Below, in pieces: positions 7,981-16,466 of a stretch of DNA of 34,523 nt. The DNA is from Candidatus Hodarchaeota archaeon (GTDB lineage Archaea; Asgardarchaeota; Lokiarchaeia; Sigyniarchaeales; SOKP01), in contig JBHLKM010000027.1 of assembly GCA_048886685.1 (NCBI GenBank), positions 1 to 34,523 of the forward strand, read 5' to 3'. The stretch's first letter is position 1. Every line of letters begins with the position of its first letter. The translations under genes were made by a program, and so were the position numbers. Under the pieces are notes generated by a model. That model was not told the origin of the DNA, ran no database searches, and was given only the letters and a program-made list of their open reading frames with translations.

Positions 7981-10068
7981 TTACCGGTTAATATATTTTA
8001 CTTTAAAAGAATGGACTTTTCCATCTTTAATTACTACCTCCCTATACGCACCAGCGGTTTCAGGATTTTTATATCCTCCTAAACCTAATGCAGGAGTTTG
8101 TACAATGAAAGGGCCATTATTTTGTATGCTCTCAGCTTCAGTGTAGAGTTCTGAATATATATCATAATAAACCGCTGCAGGATTTTCAATTTTTTTCAAG
8201 CTGAAAGGTGGTGAATCATACACTCTAGTCTTAGTCTCTGGATCCTCTAATCTAAACTCTCTTAGAGTGTGGGTATGCCCTGCAAGTGTAAGAGTACAAT
8301 GGTCTTTACAAAATTTAATGATTTTTTCCCAATTTGATGAAACTGTTCCATATTTTACGTTAAAGATTTTGTCTAATCTTGCATTAGAGTTTGGCTGACC
8401 CAATTTTCTCAAAATAGATTCTTTGAAGTCGTCTATCTTTTCTTTAATAAATCTTCCACCTTTCTTTTCAAAAAGTTTAATACTAATTTTTTTTTCTCCA
8501 GTATTTATTGGAGGACCATGTAAAAATAGAATTGTATTGCTTTTATCTTGTATTTTGTGGTTTATGAGGTTTTCTAAATATTTTATCTGTTTATTAACGA
8601 GACCTGTTACTGAAGGATGACCTGTAACTAAATCCCTAATATTTTTAAAAGAATCAGAACCTGTGTTTAGAAAGATTAAATTATTATTTCCTAAGGTTAA
8701 AGAAAAATTAAAGGAAGGATTTATTTCAGATAAATACCCTTTTAACGCCATTGTAGATTTAACCAATGCAGTTATTGGAGACGCAGAAAAAAGTTGATTT
8801 AGAGCAACAGCTTCCGCTGCATTTAATCCTATTTTTTTGTACATCTCCGCCCATGTGAGATCATAATGATATGGGCGATAATCGTGATTTCCCACTGTTG
8901 TAAAGATAGGACATAGTAACTCCTCTCCTCTAACTACTCCTTTAGAATGTTTTTGAATTTTAGAATTAAGGATAATATCTTTGAATGTTTTCCAATTACT
9001 TTCTTCGTACTTAAATTCATTTAATTTGCGTACTTTTTTTGCTAATCGACTTAATACCGTATAATCAACAAGATCACCTGTGAGGACAATAAAATCAATC
9101 TCATTTCGAAATACTTTTCTGTTGATTATTTTAATAAATTTCCTGAATTGATTATTCGGATTTATTAAGCGTTTTCTTAAAGGAGTTTTCATTTCTGATA
9201 ATCCTTTTTCTCGTTTATCCTTTTTTCTTAGTTTTAATTTTTTTGCAACAGTATCAAAAAAATCATCCATACTTCTTTTGACTGAAGATTCAGTCCATTT
9301 CTTTACAATACTGTAAATTCTATCGTTTCTCTCAGCTAAGTGTAAATCAGTTGCATGAATAAACATAAAATCTTTCCAATCTTTTTTAGAAATTACAATG
9401 GAATGATAATTAATACTCTCTTCTGACAAGATCAAATCGAACATCACAAAAGATCGTTCTTTTAAGAAACTCTTAACCTCCTTGCTGATTGAGAAATTAA
9501 TAGACACCCGATAAAATTTAGTAAGATTCCCAAAAACTTTATATTTTAATATATAATCCTGGGCACTTAAACCTTCTAAATAAGAGATATTAGTAATAGG
9601 AATTGTGGGAAGCTTTTTAATATCAATAGTTGATAGGGAAAGTGAATCCCCTCTATATGGATGGACTCTTAACTTTTTAAACTTGTAATCAACATCATCT
9701 ACTTTAAAATCATAAAATTTCTCATCCTTTTTCGTTTCTTCTTCAATAATTTTTTGCTTTCTTTTTTTAATTTTTTTTTTACGTCTCTTTGCCCAAAAGC
9801 CTTCAGCTTTTTCTGCTTTTAGTATTTTCTTTTTTATCTCATAAATATCTCTAAATTTCCACATATAATCTAATACAGGAACAAGTTTAATTTTCCCCTT
9901 TATATGATTACCAAATTCCGTGGGATCCATTATATTACTAATAAAAAGAATCTCCGTCTGGAATTGCTTCTTTTTCAATTTGGGATCTATAGTTAGAAAT
10001 ATGGGGCGTCCTAGATTAGGGTTAACTATGATTGATTGATTTAACATCCCACCATTTACAGAATTCAA
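7981..10068 (-). CDS. Calcineurin-like metallophosphoesterase with N-terminal extension and Lys/Arg-rich inserts
   Basis: All five motifs present: HATDLH, LTGDLVD, VGNHD, FLHGPP, LAGHTH. Confidence 0.85.
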   Translation of the reverse strand: MNSVNGGMLNQSIIVNPNLGRPIFLTIDPKLKKKQFQTEILFISNIMDPTEFGNHIKGKIKLVPVLDYMWKFRDIYEIKKKILKAEKAEGFWAKRRKKKIKKRKQKIIEEETKKDEKFYDFKVDDVDYKFKKLRVHPYRGDSLSLSTIDIKKLPTIPITNISYLEGLSAQDYILKYKVFGNLTKFYRVSINFSISKEVKSFLKERSFVMFDLILSEESINYHSIVISKKDWKDFMFIHATDLHLAERNDRIYSIVKKWTESSVKRSMDDFFDTVAKKLKLRKKDKREKGLSEMKTPLRKRLINPNNQFRKFIKIINRKVFRNEIDFIVLTGDLVDYTVLSRLAKKVRKLNEFKYEESNWKTFKDIILNSKIQKHSKGVVRGEELLCPIFTTVGNHDYRPYHYDLTWAEMYKKIGLNAAEAVALNQLFSASPITALVKSTMALKGYLSEINPSFNFSLTLGNNNLIFLNTGSDSFKNIRDLVTGHPSVTGLVNKQIKYLENLINHKIQDKSNTILFLHGPPINTGEKKISIKLFEKKGGRFIKEKIDDFKESILRKLGQPNSNARLDKIFNVKYGTVSSNWEKIIKFCKDHCTLTLAGHTHTLREFRLEDPETKTRVYDSPPFSLKKIENPAAVYYDIYSELYTEAESIQNNGPFIVQTPALGLGGYKNPETAGAYREVVIKDGKVHSFKVKYINR

Positions 10069-10191
10069 TTTTTCGGGGCTCTCTAATCTTGATTTTCTTT
10101 ATTTAAGGAATATATTGCTTATTTATATATATTATACATAATAACTGATATTTAATTAGTTTATTTTTATGGGATTTATTAAATTAAAAAG

Positions 10192-10208
10192 ATTGTGAAA
10201 AGCACAAT
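10192..10208. promoter_or_regulatory. Possible operator: inverted repeat ATTGTG-AAAAG-CACAAT in a divergent intergenic region
   Basis: Perfect 6-bp arms with a 5-nt spacer. Could be chance. Confidence 0.2.
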
Positions 10209-10293
10209 GTAGTTCATAACTTTCGCATACTATATTCCATAATATCCTTGAAGATGCATATGGTATAATGATATAATTCCTTAAATTTATTAG

Positions 10294-11454
10294 GTGATAC
10301 ACGAACTTTTTATTATGTTATCTAGTATTAGTGAAGACTGTCTTATTTTTTATGGTATCTCACCTGACTTTACAAAATCACGACAAATTTATAATGCTCT
10401 CTCTGATTTCATTAAGGAAAAACACACAATTGATCCTTATGGAAGATTTAATTTACTAATATTTCTCCAAGATACACCTAATTATTTAGATAATTTTACT
10501 TTTAACATAGATTTAATTCTAGATAATCTAAAAGCATTAAGTAAAAATATTGTAAAGGCTAATACTGCTGTAGGTATTTTAATTAGTATTCATTTAATTA
10601 TTCAAAATTTCAAGCATGTCTCGGAAAAGTTATTTAGATTATTGATTTTCTTAGATGAAGGATCTTATAAAATCCCTTCTAATCTTATTGACGTAATAAA
10701 GAATTTAATCAATAAGGCTAAAAATTTACCATTTTATATTGATATTGTAGGCGTAGAGATTAACAATAAGCAAGAAAGTGATTACTTAAAAAAAATTGCG
10801 AATTTAGGGAATGGAGAGTTTTATGAGGTTAATAATATTAAAGATCTGAGACCTTTATTAAATGAATTGTCAAAAAAAAAATTTATAGAAGAATCTTTAT
10901 TTTCAAGGTATAAATTGCAATTAGCTCAGAAAGAGACTCAACCTTTCTATATTAACTTAGCTGATGATCCAAAAGTTATACACGATCGTACAACTTGCTC
11001 AATATGCTTTCAAAAAGATTTAGAGGGTATTATGATGTGTCCTTCATGCAATACACTTGCACATAAAACTTGTTGGGCAGTGTGGGCTAAAAGTTCAGTT
11101 CCTCAAATACCTCATGTTTTTAGATGCCATAATTGCTTTAAATTATTGAAACTTGATAGTGATTTTGTTTTTGATGTACAAATAGGAAGAATACCTATAA
11201 TGAATGAATTTATTCAAGTTAAAAGAAAAAATAATTTAGATTATTTACGAGAATTAGAAACTAAAAATCAACCAAAACTCATACAAGCTGAAGATCCAAT
11301 GGTAACTGACATTAGAAATATAATCGAATCTAAAAAAGCCAATTCTGAAACTAAAGAAGATGGTACATTCATATCATTTGATATTTGCCCCGTCTGTAAT
11401 AACTTATTAATGGGAGATAAGAAAAGTTGTCCAATATGTGGCTTTAAACTATAA
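10294..11454 (+). CDS. Degenerate vWA domain + C4HC3 RING/PHD-like zinc finger + C-terminal zinc ribbon
   Basis: vWA-like strands and helices (RFNLLIF, RLLIFLDEG, IDIVGV, LKKIANLGNGEFYEV). CSIC-x10-CPSC-x4-HKTCW-x16-CHNC. C-terminal CPVC-x9-CPICG. Start could be GTG 10294 or ATG 10315. Confidence 0.7.
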   Translation: MIHELFIMLSSISEDCLIFYGISPDFTKSRQIYNALSDFIKEKHTIDPYGRFNLLIFLQDTPNYLDNFTFNIDLILDNLKALSKNIVKANTAVGILISIHLIIQNFKHVSEKLFRLLIFLDEGSYKIPSNLIDVIKNLINKAKNLPFYIDIVGVEINNKQESDYLKKIANLGNGEFYEVNNIKDLRPLLNELSKKKFIEESLFSRYKLQLAQKETQPFYINLADDPKVIHDRTTCSICFQKDLEGIMMCPSCNTLAHKTCWAVWAKSSVPQIPHVFRCHNCFKLLKLDSDFVFDVQIGRIPIMNEFIQVKRKNNLDYLRELETKNQPKLIQAEDPMVTDIRNIIESKKANSETKEDGTFISFDICPVCNNLLMGDKKSCPICGFKL

Positions 11455-11653
11455 ACCTAACCTTAAGTTTTCAGGATCAACTAATATTATTAATAGTACC
11501 GGGAATTTCATTTTCTTCCTTTAAATCCTCATTTTCATCTAAACTTGCATTAATGCTATTCTTTATTTTGAGAATTCAAGGATTTTTTGTATATACACAA
11601 CTAGATAATATTTATAAAATTCCTTAAAAGTTACTCCAGAATTAGAATTAGTT

Positions 11654-11932
11654 TTAACTCAAATTTGCAAGATTGACAAATATCACATTATCTCCACGTA
11701 CAACTATAGAACCTAAATTTTCGTGTTCCTCCCTGATATTACCTTCCTCATCTTGATATTCAAAGATTTGGCTGGTTTCTTCAAGGAAAAGATTCAAGTG
11801 TTCATCGAAACCGCCAAGACGCCCCCTAAATAAACGGTTACGCTTTACCTTTATTAAAATTATCTGATTTATTGAATCTTTTAAATAATCAATGGGTCTG
11901 TTACTTCTTCGTTCCATATTTGAAAAACTCAA
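11654..11932 (-). CDS. Sm/Lsm family protein (SmAP)
   Basis: Sm1 motif FRGRLGGFDEHLNLFL, Sm2 motif LGSIVVRGDNVIFV and N-terminal RP helix. The true start may be the internal ATG (MERRSNRP). Confidence 0.93.
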   Translation of the reverse strand: MSFSNMERRSNRPIDYLKDSINQIILIKVKRNRLFRGRLGGFDEHLNLFLEETSQIFEYQDEEGNIREEHENLGSIVVRGDNVIFVNLANLS

Positions 11933-12042
11933 AAAAACAATTATTATTAAAAAAAACTTTTATAATTGTAATTATAACCTTATTAATTAAAACCTTTTGT
12001 TTATTTTTATAGGTGGATACATAAAAACTCACATGTAAAGCA

Positions 12043-12207
12043 ATGATAAAATTGTCTAAAGAGGAAGATGGAGAACAAAAAGTAGTAAAGTGTTGTGTAA
12101 TGAACTGTCAAGCAGAAATTCCCATTGATAAGGCAATTAAAATAGGTGATGATTATTTCTGTCGTCTATGCGGCGTTGCATATTATAGGAGGAATCTCAA
12201 CTTGTAA
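12043..12207 (+). CDS. Small (54 aa) putative Zn-binding protein, not in the ORF track
   Basis: Own translation: MIKLSKEEDGEQKVVKCCVMNCQAEIPIDKAIKIGDDYFCRLCGVAYYRRNLNL*. Two Cys clusters with treble-clef-like spacing, and it fills an otherwise empty gap. Confidence 0.7.
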   Translation: MIKLSKEEDGEQKVVKCCVMNCQAEIPIDKAIKIGDDYFCRLCGVAYYRRNLNL

Positions 12208-12216
12208 TTTAATTTA

Positions 12217-12321
12217 AGGCCCGTGGCCTAGTTTGGATAGGGCGGCAGCCTCCTAAGCTGAAGATCGGGGGTTCAATAGGAGATGTACTTTGCATTTCCT
12301 GAATACTTCCCCCCGGGCCTG
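12217..12321 (+). tRNA. tRNA-Arg(CCU) with a 30-nt intron (12277-12306) at position 58/59; CCA not encoded
   Basis: Acceptor stem AGGCCCG/CGGGCCT + G. D-arm GCCT..GGGC. Anticodon arm CAGC-CTCCTAA-GCTG. T-stem GGGGG/CCCCC. The T-loop becomes TTCAATT after removal of an intron bounded by a bulge-helix-bulge. Confidence 0.92.
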
Positions 12322-12322
12322 C

Positions 12323-12329
12323 TTTTTTT
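12323..12329 (+). terminator. Oligo-T tract directly after the tRNA (archaeal-type terminator)
   Basis: T7 run starting 2 nt after the discriminator base. Confidence 0.45.
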
Positions 12330-12476
12330 ATTGAAAATTACTATTTTTTATTTCTCTTTTTACATATACGTTAAAATTAATTCGATAGGGTTAGATGTAC
12401 ATATCGTTCTGGCGTCTAAATAGAAAATGTATAAATAATTAGTAATCATAAACATATAATGCCAAAATAAATAGAG

Positions 12477-14216
12477 GTGAAAAATTTGCCAAAAAGAATA
12501 TTAAGAGTAAATATGACTAATCTTGAAGCTAAATTCGAGGATTTACCAGAAGAGTTTGCTGGTTTAGGTGGACGTGGTATGACATCGACGATTGTAGCAC
12601 AAGAAGTTCCCCCAACATGTGATCCCTTAGGACCTCATAATAAATTAGTACTTGCACCGGGAATAGTAACAGGGACAGAGGCACCAACTTCAGGAAGAAT
12701 TTCAGTAGGAGGTAAATCACCCTTAACTGGAGGAATTAAAGAAGCTAATGCTGGAACAAATTTTGCTCAAATGTTAGGAAGGATGCGAATTGCTGCTATA
12801 ATTATTGAAGGAAAAAATAAAGGTGATGATTATCATCTCCTTAAAGTTACTAATGATGGAGCAGAATTTATAAATGCTAATAAATGGTCAGGAAAGGGAT
12901 TATATGATACTTATCAAAATCTATTTAAAGAATTTGGAGATACAGTAGGAATTTGTAGTGTTGGAATTGCTGCAGAGATGCTTGGTGCTATGTCAGGAGT
13001 TTGTTTTAATGATCCTGAAGGATTACCAAGCAGATATGCCGGTAGAGGTGGTCTTGGAGCTGTGATGGCATCAAAGAGATTAAAGTTTATTGTTGTTGAC
13101 GAAACTGGCGCACCAGGAGTAGAGATAGCAAATGAAGAAGTGTTTAACCGAGGGATCGAAAAACTGACTAGCGCTGTCAACACCCATGATGTTACAAAAC
13201 CAGAAGGAGCCCTTAATTCATTTGGTACAAGTGTATTAGTTAATATAATCAATGAAGCAGGAGCATTACCACAGCGTAATTTTTCGTCAGGACAAGATGA
13301 TAGATCTGCAAATGTATCTGGTGAAGCAAAAGCAGAAGAGATTAAAAAACGAGGAGGTGTTCGTCCTCACTTCTGTAGTCCTGGGTGTATAATTCAATGT
13401 TCTGAAATATGGACTAAACCTGGTGGAAAAGATCCTGTAGGAGTTCTTGAATACGAAAGTGTTTGGGCCTTGGGGCCAAATTGTGGAATATACAATTTAG
13501 ATGACATAGGGGAACTTAATAGAGCTTGTAATGATTTGGGTGTTGATACAATTGAAGCAGGTGATACCCTTGCTGTAGCAATGGAGGGAGGTTTAGCTAA
13601 GTTTGGAGATGGTAAAGGAGCTCTAAAACTCATGGATGAAATTCGCAAGAAAACACCTACTGGACGGATATTATCTCAAGGAACCGAGATTACTGGAAAA
13701 GTATTAGGTGTGACGAGAATTCCGACTGTCAAGGGACAAGGACTACCTGCATACGATCCTCGTCCTATTAAAGGTATAGGAGTTACATATGCGACTACAC
13801 CTATGGGAGCTGATCATACAGCGGGATATGCTATTGCTACGGAAATTATGGGGGTAGGCGGTGAAGCAGATCCTCGAGATCCTAAAAAATCAGAATTATC
13901 CCGCAACCTTCAAATAGCTACAGCAGCTGTCGATGCGTCAGGTTATTGTTTATTTGTTGCTTTTGCAGTTTTAGATATACCTTCGGGATTAGAAGGTATT
14001 GTTGAATCTTTGAATGGAGTTTTAGGAGCAAATTTGACTGTTGATGATGTACCGGTAATTGGGAAACAAATAATTGATACTGAAATAGAGTTTAATAAGA
14101 AGGCAGGGTTCACATCAGTTGATGATAGACTTCCCGAGTTCTTTTTAGAAGAAGAGCTAGCACCATCAGGTGAAGTATTTAACGTATCTGATGATGAATT
14201 AGATAGTGTATTTTAA
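12477..14216 (+). CDS. aor: Aldehyde:ferredoxin oxidoreductase (tungstopterin AOR family)
   Basis: ILRVNMT, GGRG, KSPLTGGIKEANAG, RYAGRGGLGAVMASK, Fe-S CSPGCIIQC, EYES, DLGVDTIE, AYDPR, GADH, GYCLF, DDRLPEFF. Confidence 0.93.
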   Translation: MKNLPKRILRVNMTNLEAKFEDLPEEFAGLGGRGMTSTIVAQEVPPTCDPLGPHNKLVLAPGIVTGTEAPTSGRISVGGKSPLTGGIKEANAGTNFAQMLGRMRIAAIIIEGKNKGDDYHLLKVTNDGAEFINANKWSGKGLYDTYQNLFKEFGDTVGICSVGIAAEMLGAMSGVCFNDPEGLPSRYAGRGGLGAVMASKRLKFIVVDETGAPGVEIANEEVFNRGIEKLTSAVNTHDVTKPEGALNSFGTSVLVNIINEAGALPQRNFSSGQDDRSANVSGEAKAEEIKKRGGVRPHFCSPGCIIQCSEIWTKPGGKDPVGVLEYESVWALGPNCGIYNLDDIGELNRACNDLGVDTIEAGDTLAVAMEGGLAKFGDGKGALKLMDEIRKKTPTGRILSQGTEITGKVLGVTRIPTVKGQGLPAYDPRPIKGIGVTYATTPMGADHTAGYAIATEIMGVGGEADPRDPKKSELSRNLQIATAAVDASGYCLFVAFAVLDIPSGLEGIVESLNGVLGANLTVDDVPVIGKQIIDTEIEFNKKAGFTSVDDRLPEFFLEEELAPSGEVFNVSDDELDSVF

Positions 14217-14235
14217 CATATTTGAATTGACAAAG

Positions 14236-14520
14236 ATGCTATTACAATTAAAATTATTTGGAGATTTGAGGAAGAAAGCGACACGTAAGATTACAGGGAG
14301 TATGCCATTAAGGTTAAATATTAATGATCCAGATATAAAAAATGTAAATGATATCTTTAAGAAATTTAACATCGAAGAGCATGAGGTTAGCCATATATTT
14401 GTCAATGGGAGGTTTTCTGGAATAAAGAAAAGTGTGAAAAATGGAGATCTAATAGCATTATTCCCAAAAAATATGGGATTATTATATAAATGGTATTTCA
14501 AAAAAGAGGAAGATGAATAA
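14236..14520 (+). CDS. MoaD/ThiS-like beta-grasp protein lacking the C-terminal Gly-Gly
   Basis: LKLFGDLR...IFVNG...VKNGDLIALFP, then an extension KNMGLLYKWYFKKEEDE. ATG 14236 is preferred over the ORF-track start at 14206, which overlaps aor. Confidence 0.75.
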   Translation: MLLQLKLFGDLRKKATRKITGSMPLRLNINDPDIKNVNDIFKKFNIEEHEVSHIFVNGRFSGIKKSVKNGDLIALFPKNMGLLYKWYFKKEEDE

Positions 14521-14761
14521 TAATAAGCAAATCTCGGTTACAGTCAAATTTTTTGCGACATTAAGAGATTATGGTCCGAATAAGGAAGTTTTAATGATTC
14601 CAGAAAATAGTAAAGTTGTAATACTATTTGATAAATATGACATCCCTCAAGATGCAAGAAGAGCAGTAATTCTGATTAACGGAAGTCCACATAAAGATCT
14701 TAACACTATCCTTGAAGATGGAGATACTGTTTCAATTTTCCCACCAATAGGAGGAGGATGA
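14513..14761 (+). CDS. MoaD/ThiS/SAMP ubiquitin-like sulfur carrier
   Basis: VTVKFFATLR...ILING...LEDGDTVSIFPPIGGG with a free C-terminal GG, next to AOR. Confidence 0.9.
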   Translation: MNNNKQISVTVKFFATLRDYGPNKEVLMIPENSKVVILFDKYDIPQDARRAVILINGSPHKDLNTILEDGDTVSIFPPIGGG

Positions 14762-14833
14762 TCCCCCTCTTAAACAAATTCTTTTTTTTTATAGTTTTTA
14801 ATTCCAGCTTTGGGAGGATTTCTTAAATAATTA

Positions 14834-16051
14834 TTAAAAAATCCAGATGAATAATAAAGTTAAAAGCACGACTATAGAAACTATACCAATACCTAACCAT
14901 GAAAATAATGCATTTTTGATATAACTAATTTTAAATTTAATAGCCTCGTGAGGACATAATTCAACGCAACAATAACATGTTATACACTGTTTTTTATGCC
15001 AATTCGGGGTACTTACTTTTTTGAATATATTTGGACGTGTAATAGCTCTTGTTGGACAGTTGCTCCAACAGGTATTACACAATTTACAATTCTTATTGAA
15101 CTTAACTGTCGCTTTGAATATCTTATTCCCTATATAATTTGCCAACCATTTAGGGAGGGGTATTGATATTGAACGTCTTTTAGGTCGTTTAAATTCATGG
15201 AAAACATCCTCTATTTTCTCTCCTAAGAACTCTACATTTTCTAAATTTGTGGTTCCCAATCCTTTTTTCTCTGCTTTTGCTAAGTATAATACATCTTTTG
15301 GATCAAAACCAATTATTTTACAAACAGCTGTATCTAAAGCAACACCATCATAACCGGCTAAAATCAGATCTAATTTAACAACGTCACCTTGAGTTGGACC
15401 ATCACCTTCTTGACATAAGAATCCATCTATAACTGTTAACTGTGGTTTAGAAACAGAATAGACATCTGCTAAAGCAGCATTAAATTTGTCTAATGCGGGA
15501 AACTGTCCATGAACTTTTGCTTTATTCCCTAATAACAGTGTTCCAAACATATTTTTGATGCAACATGTAAGGACACATTGCCAGTGAGTCTTAATTTTAG
15601 GTATATTAATTATTATATCTGCATCTTTAATTAGTCGGGAACTGATAAATTCTTTTAATTCAAGTGGATCTTGTACTTTATACGTTTCTCTTTCTAATTT
15701 TTCAAAAGAGATGCATTCTACACCTTCTTCTTCACAAACTGCTTGGATACCACTCTCTTTCATTGCTATCTTCGTGACACCAGGTTTTTGACCTCCAGAT
15801 GAGTCGCATACATAAATTTTTGCAGCATTGAATTGTTTCACCCACTGAATTACAGATCTTATTACTTCGGGGTGTGTATTGACTGCTCTTTCAGGTGGCT
15901 TGCCCATTAAGATATTTGGTTTAATTACTACAGTCAAATCTTCGTTTTTCATTAATTTTTGGGCATTAATATCATCAAGGGCTTTAAAAACAGCAGTTTT
16001 TATATCATTATTTTGTATTTTTTGTATAGCTATTTTTGTTTTGTCTGTCAT
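14834..16051 (-). CDS. DUF362 family Fe-S protein with 2x[4Fe-4S] ferredoxin domain and C-terminal membrane anchor
   Basis: VVIKPN, THPEV, DSSG, INIPKIKTH, KNMFG, IDG..QEGDGP, DGVALD. CKLCNTCWSNCP and CITCYCCVELCP. Hydrophobic C-terminal helix. Confidence 0.88.
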   Translation of the reverse strand: MTDKTKIAIQKIQNNDIKTAVFKALDDINAQKLMKNEDLTVVIKPNILMGKPPERAVNTHPEVIRSVIQWVKQFNAAKIYVCDSSGGQKPGVTKIAMKESGIQAVCEEEGVECISFEKLERETYKVQDPLELKEFISSRLIKDADIIINIPKIKTHWQCVLTCCIKNMFGTLLLGNKAKVHGQFPALDKFNAALADVYSVSKPQLTVIDGFLCQEGDGPTQGDVVKLDLILAGYDGVALDTAVCKIIGFDPKDVLYLAKAEKKGLGTTNLENVEFLGEKIEDVFHEFKRPKRRSISIPLPKWLANYIGNKIFKATVKFNKNCKLCNTCWSNCPTRAITRPNIFKKVSTPNWHKKQCITCYCCVELCPHEAIKFKISYIKNALFSWLGIGIVSIVVLLTLLFIWIF

Positions 16052-16275
16052 AATATTATCTGGTTTTAAAAAAAATTAAAGGAACTTGATAAATGAAATA
16101 AATTTGGCGTTTTAAAGTTTTTGATGACTCAAGAAAATAAAAACTTACTAAAATAAAACAGCAAAATTTATTCTTATAAACCCAAAATTCCTTTCTTTTA
16201 TATCTTTTTTTTATAAATAATGTGAAAATACACATAATTTTATATTTCTAATTGAAATTTTCTAATTTCTTTAGG

Positions 16276-16340
16276 TGTAAGTTTTGTAAGTTTTATTGGT
16301 TAATCTTACTAGAATTGTAAGTTTTTCAATCTATTACTAG
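16276..16340. repeat. Clustered TGTAAGTTTT repeats (possible operator array)
   Basis: TGTAAGTTTT at 16276, 16285 and 16316. Two copies are followed by a TTACTAG element. An inverted copy AAAACTTAC lies at 16140-16148. Confidence 0.5.
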
Positions 16341-16466
16341 GTTACCATCTACTATTAAAATTGGAAAAAGGCATTTTTAAGGCTTGTAATATTAACAAAA
16401 CATAGGTTAGAAAAAATTTTTATTCAAGGATAATAAAATTAAATAAAATGAAAATTTCTTAGATTT

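Noticed and set aside
11470-11600. Short acidic minus-strand frame downstream of Sm, checked as rpl37e or a gene remnant
   Set aside because: No Cys/Arg-rich L37e pattern and no convincing start.
12217-12330. tRNA as an integration site for a mobile element
   Set aside because: No integrase and no duplicated tRNA 3' end was seen in the window.
12361-12420. Weak stem (TTAGATGT/GCGTCTAA) and TACATAT repeats upstream of aor as a Moco/W riboswitch or ModE site
   Set aside because: Too weak, and no consensus that I can support.
14750-14790. GAGGAGGA-TGA-TCCCCCTC hairpin plus T tract at the end of the moaD-like gene
   Set aside because: The stem is mismatched and largely explained by Gly codons. 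It may be a terminator but cannot be supported.
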